The notes: generated from the letters alone by a model not told the origin. Shown: positions 8,050 through 16,048, counted from the first letter of the stretch. The stretch: 34,288 nucleotides of DNA from Nitrospirae bacterium RBG_13_39_12 (GCA_001805125.1 MHEF01000022.1:1-34288); one strand, 5' to 3'. A program made the numbers and translations.

Positions 8050-9681
8050 CTATCTTCCATGTCTGAGTATTTTACCCGCATTAACACCTGTCAATCTTCC
8101 TTCCCATACAGCAGGCAGTCCGTTGATGATTACATAATAAATCCCTTTCGGCTTCAAGAAAGGTTCGTTATATGTTGCTCTATCAATTATCTTTCCTTGG
8201 TCAAAAACAACAATGTCTGCAAAATAACCTTTTTTTATAGCTCCTCTTTTTTTTATGCTGAATGTCCTGGCAGGTAACATTGTTATTTTTTGTATGGCCT
8301 TACCCATACTCATAATTCTTTCTTCTCTTATATGTTTCCCTAAAAACCTCGGGAAACTTCCATAACCTCTCGGATGAGGCTTACCTTTATGAGTTGGACC
8401 GCTATCACAACGTGCAGAACTGTCAGTTCCTATCATTATATATGGAAGTGAAAGAAATCTTCTGAGATTATCCTCTTTCATTACTGAAAATATAGCACTG
8501 GCCCGTAGCTTCTCTTCGATAAGTATTTGAAATAATATATCGATAGGCTTAGAAGTTTTTCGACTCGCAATATAAGCGATGCTTTTGCCTTCCATCCATC
8601 TATTTTTTTTTGAGGATACAGACGCTATATTGATACTTTCCCAGTATCCTTTTCGATAGTATTCATTCAGTATTTCTTTTTTCATGGTCTTCTGACAATC
8701 TAAATTCTTCAACTTCTTCAATTCTTCTTCAGCGCCTCCTTCATATGCCCATGACGGAAGCATTGTATCAAGATCAGTAGATGAGGCATTATAAGGGTAT
8801 CTGTCACATGTTATTTCTATACCTTTCTCCCTTGCTTTTTCTATTAGTAAAACAGCATCGTCGATCTTATACCAGTTCTTCTTACCACTTGTTTTTATAT
8901 GAGAAATATGAACCTTAATATCTGCTTCTCTACCTATTCTTATTATCTCTTTGATAGATTCTAGTAATTCATCCCCTTCGCTCCTCATATGGGAAGCAAA
9001 AATAAGTTTATTACAACATTTTGCTATTTCAGTAAGTTCTTCTGTCGTTGAATATATACCAGGCGGGTATATCAATCCTGTTGAAATCCCTACAGCGCCT
9101 TCCGAGATTGCTTTTCTTAAAAGACCTTTCATTTTCTTTATTTCCGATAAAGTTAGTGTTTTGTCTTTATAGCCTGTTATACACGCTCTTATATTTCCAT
9201 GGCCCGCAAGAGTAACAAAATTGAGAGATATACCCTTTTTAAGAATTTCATAATATTCTTTAAAAGTTGACCAGCGTTCTTCTATACCTAGCTCCGCTAA
9301 GTCGGTTTCTCTTTGTTCCAATGCCTCACCATAGAGTGGTGCAGCAGAAAGACCACAGTTGCCATTGATTTCAGTTGTTATACCCTGACATATCTTACCT
9401 TCTGCGCGAGGGTCAGCAAGTAGCGTGAATTCAGAATGTGCATGAGTATCTATAAACCCAGGCGCTACTGATAAACCTTCTGCTTCTATAACTCTGTCAA
9501 ATCCTCTCCTACCCTCTTTCTTAAAAGAGGTGTATGAATGATTAAACTGCTGACTTCTAATTTTTGATTTCTTGTTTATAAAAGCAATCTTATCTCCTGA
9601 GATACCTATGTCTGCTTCATATGGTTCCAAGCCATAACCATCAAAAATTAGACCACCTTTGATTAATAAATCAAGATTCAT
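8050..9681 (-). CDS. N-acyl-D-amino-acid deacylase (D-aminoacylase) family amidohydrolase
   Basis: 543 aa. The N-terminal beta-sandwich 'DLLIKGGLIFDG...ADIGISGDKIAFI', the metal site 'PGFIDTHAHSE' and the C-terminal 'GYFADIVVFD' are characteristic of the D-aminoacylase branch of the amidohydrolase superfamily. Confidence 0.8.
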   Translation of the reverse strand: MNLDLLIKGGLIFDGYGLEPYEADIGISGDKIAFINKKSKIRSQQFNHSYTSFKKEGRRGFDRVIEAEGLSVAPGFIDTHAHSEFTLLADPRAEGKICQGITTEINGNCGLSAAPLYGEALEQRETDLAELGIEERWSTFKEYYEILKKGISLNFVTLAGHGNIRACITGYKDKTLTLSEIKKMKGLLRKAISEGAVGISTGLIYPPGIYSTTEELTEIAKCCNKLIFASHMRSEGDELLESIKEIIRIGREADIKVHISHIKTSGKKNWYKIDDAVLLIEKAREKGIEITCDRYPYNASSTDLDTMLPSWAYEGGAEEELKKLKNLDCQKTMKKEILNEYYRKGYWESINIASVSSKKNRWMEGKSIAYIASRKTSKPIDILFQILIEEKLRASAIFSVMKEDNLRRFLSLPYIMIGTDSSARCDSGPTHKGKPHPRGYGSFPRFLGKHIREERIMSMGKAIQKITMLPARTFSIKKRGAIKKGYFADIVVFDQGKIIDRATYNEPFLKPKGIYYVIINGLPAVWEGRLTGVNAGKILRHGR

Positions 9682-9783
9682 ACTAAAATAGCTTTATCCT
9701 TTTATTTCAGAATATAAATAAAATATATTTTGCAAATAGTAGATTTATTATTTTAATGCATTATTAATTCAAACAACTCTGAT

Positions 9784-10431
9784 TCATTCTTTAGATTGTT
9801 CTGATGCTTTTTTCTTAGTAAGAACACTTTTAATGCTGTTATCAACAAAATAAAATTCTGGAGATTTTATGCTATTCACCATCAATGGCATTAAATATTT
9901 TGAAACAACCTTTGCACGGTCCAGGAAACCTCTTATGTTTTCTTCTTCAACCTTTCCCCTATAAATCTCTGTTATCTGATATTTAAGTCTTGGAAATAAC
10001 TTTATAGTAAGTCCCATAGTAGAGAAAAATTCATCAACAGGTATCCCTAAACGTTTGAGTGGTCTTAGAATATTTTCAAAGCCATTCATAAGTGCCTCAA
10101 CTTCTGTTGTAGTTGTAAGCATCTTTGCACCTGCAATCATAAAAAATACCCTTATTGTTCTTATAACAGCTATGTTTAGTCCTTCGTCCGTAATAACAAA
10201 TAAACCTACGCTGTAAAGTATTTTTCCTTGCTGGAATAATACATTGCTGATGAAGGTGAATAAAAGGAAAATGCTTATTGGTATCCAGCCACTTTTTAGA
10301 GATTTAAAAGGTATTCTGAAAAGGGGTATCAATATCGCAAAAAAAATAACTATATAAACATAAAGGTTATTTACAAGAAAAAGAAAACCTACAAAAACAA
10401 AATATAGAATGATTTTTATCTTTGGTTTCAA
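9784..10431 (-). CDS. energy-coupling-factor transporter T component-like membrane protein (EcfT/CbiQ family)
   Basis: 215 aa and multi-TM. 'MLTTTTEVEALMNGFENILRPLKRLGIPVDEFFSTMGLTIKLFPRL' matches the conserved EcfT/CbiQ core. It is shorter than typical EcfT proteins and overlaps the amidase stop by 4 nt. Confidence 0.7.
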   Translation of the reverse strand: MKPKIKIILYFVFVGFLFLVNNLYVYIVIFFAILIPLFRIPFKSLKSGWIPISIFLLFTFISNVLFQQGKILYSVGLFVITDEGLNIAVIRTIRVFFMIAGAKMLTTTTEVEALMNGFENILRPLKRLGIPVDEFFSTMGLTIKLFPRLKYQITEIYRGKVEEENIRGFLDRAKVVSKYLMPLMVNSIKSPEFYFVDNSIKSVLTKKKASEQSKE

Positions 10432-11597
10432 TAACTTACCTTTTGAACTGTTGGTATAGATATAAAGTATTTATCTATAGCATCAGCTATTGACTCTGCT
10501 ATCTGTAATCTATAAAAATCTTTTGAAAGCAATTTTTCTTCTTCCGGATTACTTATAAACGATACTTCTACAAGTACAGAGGGCATCTTAGCACCAAAAA
10601 GCACATAAAAAAATGCCCACTTTACTCCAAGATCAGAAACGTTCTTATAAACATTATTGAGATTTGATACCATGGAATTCTGGATATGGTGAGCAAGCTT
10701 AATGGATTCATCTCTTTTATTTTGCCTCTCCAGATCATTCATGATTACTCCCAGATCATCCATCTGCTGCTTCATCTCTTTCATCTTTTCTAATGATATT
10801 GCATTTTCTCTTGCAGCAACCTTATTAGCTTCTTCATCATCTGTCCAGTTAAGCAAATATGTTTCGATACCTTTAACTTTCCTTGTCGGGCTTGCATTTG
10901 CATGTATGGATATGAAAAGGTCTGCTTTCTTTTTGTTTGCTATAGCGTTTCTTTCCTCAAGTGGTATGAATACATCAGTTTTCCTTGTAGTAAAAACCTC
11001 ATATGTCTTTTTTTTCATAAGAATAATTTTAAGTTTTAGTGCTATGTCAAGCACAACATCTTTCTCATAAAGCCCTTTTAATCCTATAGCACCTGGGTCA
11101 TGGCCTCCATGCCCTGGGTCAATAACAACCCTCTTTTTAGCTATCATAGTATCTTGTTTTTTTGCTTCTTCTTTCCCAAATATATCGATAACGAGCCTTG
11201 GAGGATTATCTAAGACAGATACATTGAAATCTACAATCTCTCTGACATCAAGAACAACCCTTACTGTATCAGAATTAAACTGACCTGATCTGACATTTTT
11301 CAATATCCCACCCTCAACAGAAAAACTTGTCTTCAGATCTTTTGAGATAGTAGTATTTATAAGGTCAAAATAAAGCCTTTCAGGATTTGACAGACGATTC
11401 TTTGAAAACTTAACGGTATCCGACAAATCAATAACAACCCTTGTATAATCTGAGGAGGACCAATAACGAATATCTTTTACTACTATTTTAGTTGAAGCCG
11501 GTAATAGTGTAGGAGAAAAAATCAGCACTGCAAGAAGTGTATATTTTAATATTCTCTTAGTGTTTGTTATGAGGTTCAAAAACAATTCTTGTCTCAC
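10428..11597 (-). CDS. amiC: N-acetylmuramoyl-L-alanine amidase with N-terminal AMIN domain (AmiC-like)
   Basis: 389 aa with a signal sequence. AMIN-like repeats are present ('IRYWSSSDYTRVVIDL', 'VRVVLDV', 'RLVIDIF'), followed by the Amidase_3 core 'VVIDPGHGGHDPGA...SIHANA...VLVEVSFISN'. The start is a GTG. Confidence 0.85.
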   Translation of the reverse strand: MRQELFLNLITNTKRILKYTLLAVLIFSPTLLPASTKIVVKDIRYWSSSDYTRVVIDLSDTVKFSKNRLSNPERLYFDLINTTISKDLKTSFSVEGGILKNVRSGQFNSDTVRVVLDVREIVDFNVSVLDNPPRLVIDIFGKEEAKKQDTMIAKKRVVIDPGHGGHDPGAIGLKGLYEKDVVLDIALKLKIILMKKKTYEVFTTRKTDVFIPLEERNAIANKKKADLFISIHANASPTRKVKGIETYLLNWTDDEEANKVAARENAISLEKMKEMKQQMDDLGVIMNDLERQNKRDESIKLAHHIQNSMVSNLNNVYKNVSDLGVKWAFFYVLFGAKMPSVLVEVSFISNPEEEKLLSKDFYRLQIAESIADAIDKYFISIPTVQKVSY

Positions 11598-11622
11598 AAA
11601 CCTCTTTTTTTCAATTATATAG

Positions 11623-11844
11623 TTATACCGCCTGTACAGCGTTTATTTCAGGTATCTCCCTTTTTAAATTTGCTTCTACCCAATTTTTTAAAGTGAAAGT
11701 TGACATCGGGCATGTTCCGCATGCACCTTTGAGCTTTACATAAACGACATTATCCTTTATATCAATTAGTTCTATATCACCGCCATCTCTCTTGAGACCT
11801 ACTCTTATGTTATCGAGAACCTTTTCAACTTCTTCCTTGACCAT
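11623..11844 (-). CDS. NifU-like (Nfu C-terminal domain) Fe-S cluster carrier
   Basis: 73 aa containing 'DGGDIELIDI...VYVKLKGACGTCPMS', the CxxC NifU C-terminal domain motif. GGAGG lies 4 nt upstream of the ATG. Confidence 0.85.
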   Translation of the reverse strand: MVKEEVEKVLDNIRVGLKRDGGDIELIDIKDNVVYVKLKGACGTCPMSTFTLKNWVEANLKREIPEINAVQAV

Positions 11845-12031
11845 ATAACCTCCACTTTTTATTTTAATAATATAAGATTATATTTAATTATTCAAGTTTA
11901 TAATGAGGTCATTATGAGGACTATATATCCCGATCTAAATCTGGACGGGACTTGCAATGACTTTTAAAACTATGAAAAAAACAAATAGAATTACAATTTA
12001 AATAGACAACTGGCGGAGAAACTTGTGATTT

Positions 12032-12040
12032 TGATATAAT
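12032..12040 (+). promoter_or_regulatory. candidate extended -10 promoter element (TGaTATAAT) upstream of arsC
   Basis: 'TGATATAAT' lies 36 nt upstream of the arsC ATG. No convincing -35 was found. This is a sequence-pattern call only. Confidence 0.35.
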
Positions 12041-12075
12041 CGAAAGTCTTGAAATCCTGAAGAAGAGGTATCTCA

Positions 12076-12492
12076 ATGATAAATATTATATTCCTGTGTA
12101 CTGCCAATTCGTGTAGGAGCCAGATGGCAGAAGGTTTCGCAAAAGAATTCAGCAAAGGCATGATTAAAGTTTACAGTGCAGGCCTGATGGCTGCTGGTGT
12201 TCATAAAAGGGCAATCGCAGTTATGAAGGAAGTTGACATAGATATATCATACCAAAAATCAAAACCGATTGACGAAGATCTTCTTGCACAGATGAATGTA
12301 ATAATAACCCTCTGTGTACATGCTGAGGAATATTGTCCACAAACGCTGCCCGGAATAAAGCGATTACACTGGCCGATCAATGACCCAGTTGGTACAGTAG
12401 GAACTGAAGAAGAAATAATGAACCAATTCAGGCTTACAAGAGATGAAATAAAGAAAAAGGTTCAGAATTTAATAAGAGAGATTAATGCTTAA
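12076..12492 (+). CDS. arsC: arsenate reductase, thioredoxin-coupled LMW-PTP type
   Basis: 138 aa with the P-loop 'LCTANSCRSQMAEG' and a downstream Cys pair in 'TLCVHAEEYCP', as in the Cys10/82/89 ArsC family. A generic low-molecular-weight phosphatase cannot be fully excluded. Confidence 0.8.
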   Translation: MINIIFLCTANSCRSQMAEGFAKEFSKGMIKVYSAGLMAAGVHKRAIAVMKEVDIDISYQKSKPIDEDLLAQMNVIITLCVHAEEYCPQTLPGIKRLHWPINDPVGTVGTEEEIMNQFRLTRDEIKKKVQNLIREINA

Positions 12493-14231
12493 TCCGCATC
12501 AGTAACCTTTACCAACGTTCCTTTTTTTGAAGTTCCGTATCTAAAGATGGTAATCCCCTTACAGCCTTTTTCATATGCAAGTAGAAATGCCTTTGCAACA
12601 TCCTCCCTTTTTGATCTAAAAGGCATGTTGATCGTTTTTGATACTGCATTATCTGTTGACTCTTGAAAACATGCCTGCATCTTAATATGATCTTCAGGCG
12701 GAATTTCATGTGCAGTTTTGAACAATTTCTTCACATCTCTTGGAACGTTTTTAATACATCTTAAATATCCTTTTTCTATAACCTTATTTTTCAGTTCCTC
12801 ACTATAGAATCCCCTTTTTTTAGTAAACTCGAAAAAATACCTATTAACCTCATAAAGTTCTGTGTCCAATATAAACCTCTTATATACAAGAGCAAATAGT
12901 GGCTCTATCCCGCTTGAAGTGTCAGCAATAATAGAAAGAGTTCCTGTCGGTGCTATTGTGGTAGTTGTCGCATTCCTGACACGAGGCATATTCGGGGCAT
13001 CATAAACAGAACCTCTAAAATTAGGGAACACTCCCCTAAGTTCAGCAAGTTCAACAGATGCCTGTCTTGCAGCATCTCTAATAAATCTCATCAAATACCG
13101 CGCAAGATTAAATGCTTTCCTGTGGTTATAAGGAATGCCAAGCAATATTAACATATCAGCCCATCCCATAATTCCAAGCCCTATTTTCCTGTTGCCCTTG
13201 TGCATTTCCTCTATAGCAGGAATTGGATATTTATTCACATCTATCGAGTTATCAAGAAACCTCACTGAGGTTCTTATGTCTTCTGCAAGACCATCAAAAT
13301 CAATATTTTTTTCCATTCTATTAAATGATATTTTATTACCTGTGATTATTGTATTTTTTACATACTTTGATAAATTTACTGAGCCTAAAATGCATGCTTC
13401 ATAAGGAAGCAACGGCTGTTCACCGCATGGATTAGTGGACTCTATTGTTCCGACATGAGGTGTTGGATTTGACCTGTTAATCCTATCAATAAATATAATT
13501 CCCGGATCCCCCGTTTCCCATGCACTTTTTACTATCTCATCGAATACTATTTTTGCTTTTATCTTGTTGACTATAGTACTGCTTCGCGGATTTATCATGT
13601 CGTACTCCATATCATGATTAAGTGCATCAATGAACGCATCTGTTATAGCCACCGATATATTGAAATTTTCAAGTTCACCTTCAGATCTTTTTATCTTTAT
13701 AAATTCAAGAATATCAGGATGGTCTACACGCAGTATACCCATATTCGCCCCTCGCCGCGCTCCACCTTGCTTTATAACGTCAGTTGCAGTGTTGTAAATT
13801 TTCATAAATGAAACAGGGCCGCTTGCTATCCCTCCTGTTGAGCGTACAATGTCTGCCTTTGGTCTTAATTTCGAGAATGAAAAGCCTGTGCCACCGCCGC
13901 TCTGCAAAATCAATGCAGCATTTTTTAATGTATCAAATATCGAGTTCATTGAGTCATTCACAGGGAGAACAAAACATGCAGCAAGCTGGCCTTTTTTCTT
14001 ACCTGCATTCATCAAGGCAGGAGAATTAGGAAGAAACCTCAGACTTTCCATTATTTCATAAAATTTTTCTTCCCATTCATCAGGCCTGCCTCCATAATAA
14101 TTCTCTGCAGTGGCAATGGTCTTTGAAACTCTTTTGAACATCTCTTCTGGAGTTTCAATAACATTCCCATTTTCATCTTTAAGGAGATATCGTGCCTTCA
14201 GAACTGTTAATGCATTATCTGTAAGAACCAT
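12489..14231 (-). CDS. nrdJ: adenosylcobalamin-dependent ribonucleotide reductase (class II)
   Basis: 580 aa. It shows 'ALTVLKARYL', 'LPNSPALMNAG', 'ACFVL', the catalytic 'STNPCGEQPLLPYEACILGSVNL' and the C-terminal 'GCKGITIFRYGT', all typical of monomeric/dimeric NrdJ. Confidence 0.9.
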   Translation of the reverse strand: MVLTDNALTVLKARYLLKDENGNVIETPEEMFKRVSKTIATAENYYGGRPDEWEEKFYEIMESLRFLPNSPALMNAGKKKGQLAACFVLPVNDSMNSIFDTLKNAALILQSGGGTGFSFSKLRPKADIVRSTGGIASGPVSFMKIYNTATDVIKQGGARRGANMGILRVDHPDILEFIKIKRSEGELENFNISVAITDAFIDALNHDMEYDMINPRSSTIVNKIKAKIVFDEIVKSAWETGDPGIIFIDRINRSNPTPHVGTIESTNPCGEQPLLPYEACILGSVNLSKYVKNTIITGNKISFNRMEKNIDFDGLAEDIRTSVRFLDNSIDVNKYPIPAIEEMHKGNRKIGLGIMGWADMLILLGIPYNHRKAFNLARYLMRFIRDAARQASVELAELRGVFPNFRGSVYDAPNMPRVRNATTTTIAPTGTLSIIADTSSGIEPLFALVYKRFILDTELYEVNRYFFEFTKKRGFYSEELKNKVIEKGYLRCIKNVPRDVKKLFKTAHEIPPEDHIKMQACFQESTDNAVSKTINMPFRSKREDVAKAFLLAYEKGCKGITIFRYGTSKKGTLVKVTDAD

Positions 14232-14360
14232 AAAAAAAGTATATCAGAAACTTGACAATAAAAGAGTGTTGCGCAATAATTTTGATATAAATCCCATCCT
14301 TCCCAAAGAGGTGTCATTTATGCCTTTGGTTCATAGAGGGGTAGTAACGGTTATTGTGGA

Positions 14361-14383
14361 ATATCCGAAACAGGTTCGGATAT
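14361..14383. repeat. perfect 9-bp stem hairpin (ATATCCGAA-ACAGG-TTCGGATAT)
   Basis: Read directly from the sequence in the nrdJ / orphan-ORF divergent intergenic region. There is no flanking T- or A-run, so it is not an obvious intrinsic terminator. Confidence 0.6.
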
Positions 14384-14423
14384 CATCCCAAATCGGGACA
14401 AAAAGCAAAATAGTTCGCTTGTG

Positions 14424-14445
14424 AAGTAGTTAGGCGTAACTACTT
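14424..14445. repeat. perfect 9-bp palindrome AAGTAGTTA-GGCG-TAACTACTT containing GTTAGGC; left copy of a 17-bp inverted repeat
   Basis: The reverse complement of 14429-14445 is AAGTAGTTACGCCTAAC. This matches 15026-15042 (AAGTAGCTACGCCTAAC) at 16 of 17 positions. Confidence 0.7.
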
Positions 14446-14458
14446 AGAGGAATTTACA

Positions 14459-15031
14459 ATGAACCTTATTCTTAGATTATGGTTTGTACATAGGTTAAAA
14501 GGTATTTTACTATGCATCGTTCTTCTCACACTTTTCACCTCTCTTCAGGTATTTGCTGAAAGTGCTGACACTGCATTTCAGAAAGAAATTGCCACATATG
14601 AGCTATGGACTGTTGTAATCAATTTTTCGGATGTCTCTAACCCTCGATGTCAGGTGAAGGGCATAGCTATGTCTGCGGACATGAATTATAGCGGACCAGT
14701 AACAATCTGGAAAGAACAACGTAAGGATAAAATCATCCCTGTGGCTGAAGTGGGTCTTGCTAAGAGTCCAGACCCAGGTGATGTTATCCTACTCAAAGAA
14801 GGTTCTGGTATTCATACACTTATGATTAAGAGTATGAGCACTAAAGGAACGCGCAGAGACTCTTTCCCTTACATGGCATTATTCAACGTAGGGAATGGTA
14901 TGATCGAAAAAGTGGCGGAAACAGATTTTGCTATTGTAACATTAATTGATTTACATGATAATAATCACGATCTACTAATTTCATTAAAAGGCTTAAAACA
15001 GGCGTGGGGTCGTTGTGATCCGAAGAAGTAG
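14459..15031 (+). CDS. hypothetical secreted protein
   Basis: 190 aa with AGAGGAA 6 nt upstream of the ATG. An N-terminal hydrophobic signal-like segment 'LLCIVLLTLFTSLQVFA|ES' is present. I recognise no family motif. The stop codon lies inside the right inverted repeat. Confidence 0.5.
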   Translation: MNLILRLWFVHRLKGILLCIVLLTLFTSLQVFAESADTAFQKEIATYELWTVVINFSDVSNPRCQVKGIAMSADMNYSGPVTIWKEQRKDKIIPVAEVGLAKSPDPGDVILLKEGSGIHTLMIKSMSTKGTRRDSFPYMALFNVGNGMIEKVAETDFAIVTLIDLHDNNHDLLISLKGLKQAWGRCDPKK

Positions 15032-15042
15032 CTACGCCTAAC
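15026..15042. repeat. right copy of 17-bp inverted repeat (AAGTAGCTACGCCTAAC, contains GCCTAAC)
   Basis: 16/17 match to the reverse complement of 14429-14445. It overlaps the TAG stop (15029-15031) of the orphan ORF. Confidence 0.7.
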
Positions 15043-15102
15043 ATGTTGCAAAAGACTTGCGTTCAAACCTTTCAGGCTTCTTTTGCAACGGAAACGTTAA
15101 AT
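15036..15102 (+). other. attC-like imperfect palindrome (tentative)
   Basis: GCCTAAC (15036-15042; fits RYYYAAC), then GTTGCAAAAGA (15045-15055) pairing perfectly with TCTTTTGCAAC (15079-15089), then GTTAAAT (15096-15102; fits GTTRRRY). Total length is 67 bp. The spacer asymmetry (2 vs 6 nt) is not canonical. Confidence 0.3.
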
Positions 15103-15199
15103 GAAATTTCGGGCATGAGAAGGAGATAAAGACCATGAAAATAGAACGGACTCTTTTCGACAAAGTTTTTTTTCGGGCGAGAAGGAAATAAGCAGCTTT

Positions 15200-15976
15200 A
15201 TGTGTACAGAGCCGATTAGAGAATTCCCTCATTTTATTGGGATTGAGGAAGAAAATGTCTTTAAAAGCATTGCTAATTTAGGCGAAGATTTTTTTCTTAT
15301 CCATAACTTGGATATACTATTCAAAACTTCATTGGAACTAGAACCTCTTGATGACGTTAATCTTAAGATTCCCGCTTTTCTTTATCTTATTATACATGGT
15401 GAATTTTATCAGGGAATGACGGCATTTTTGCGAATGCACCAGTCCAAATCTTTTGTTAGTCTACGGATAGCTCTTGACTGTGCATTTACGGCTTACTACT
15501 TAATGAAACATCCGGACAAGACAGACATTTACCTGAGTAAATTGAATGACGATAAAAATCCAGAATGGAACAAAATATTCTTCAATATCAAAAGAACTAT
15601 TAAAGATGATATTGATAATTTCCCCTTAGCCAAAGGGCTACCTGAAACTCACGAGTTTTGCAGTATTTATTCCCATTCAGACGCAATAGGCCTTCTGCAT
15701 AGATACAGAATTAGCGAATCAAAATTGGAAGCGACATATTTTGACTATGAACCTAAGCTTGATGATTACAATAAATGGCTTGCACAATTAATAGGAACAT
15801 TTTTTAGGATTTACTTAATATTCTGGCAAGAAATATTTAAGCAAAAAGCTGGGGCGAAAAAAGAACAGATTGAAACTTTATTAAGGGAATATTCCTTACG
15901 GTTAAACGCTTTTTTAAAGCGGTATCCTCTCGGTGAGGTCGAAACAAAAGAGGGGAAAAAGGACAGTTCTATTTAA
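15200..15976 (+). CDS. hypothetical protein (predicted all-helical, cytoplasmic)
   Basis: 258-aa ORF with coding-like composition. I recognise no motif and no TM or signal segment. The start codon is uncertain (weak GAAGGAAA 11 nt upstream). Confidence 0.5.
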   Translation: MCTEPIREFPHFIGIEEENVFKSIANLGEDFFLIHNLDILFKTSLELEPLDDVNLKIPAFLYLIIHGEFYQGMTAFLRMHQSKSFVSLRIALDCAFTAYYLMKHPDKTDIYLSKLNDDKNPEWNKIFFNIKRTIKDDIDNFPLAKGLPETHEFCSIYSHSDAIGLLHRYRISESKLEATYFDYEPKLDDYNKWLAQLIGTFFRIYLIFWQEIFKQKAGAKKEQIETLLREYSLRLNAFLKRYPLGEVETKEGKKDSSI

Positions 15977-16048
15977 AAGCATGCCCAAATCTTCATCTTA
16001 CATGTACTGCCATTGTCATGAAGGCAATTATTAGTTTATCATGTAGTT

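Noticed and set aside
14232-14458. Possible cobalamin riboswitch or NrdR boxes upstream of nrdJ, and the 104-aa ORF 14110-14424.
   Set aside because: - I could not find the B12-box or the GGGAA/GGTG..AATCC core on either strand.
- The best NrdR-like candidate (ACACTCTTTTATTGTC on the minus strand) fits the 16-bp palindromic consensus poorly and has no properly spaced second box.
- The ORF overlaps the nrdJ start in antisense and lacks any motif.
15038-15232. 64-aa minus-strand ORF across the attC-like region.
   Set aside because: It runs antisense through the palindrome and the mini-ORF, has no SD and has an arbitrary composition. It is most likely an artefact of the inverted repeat.
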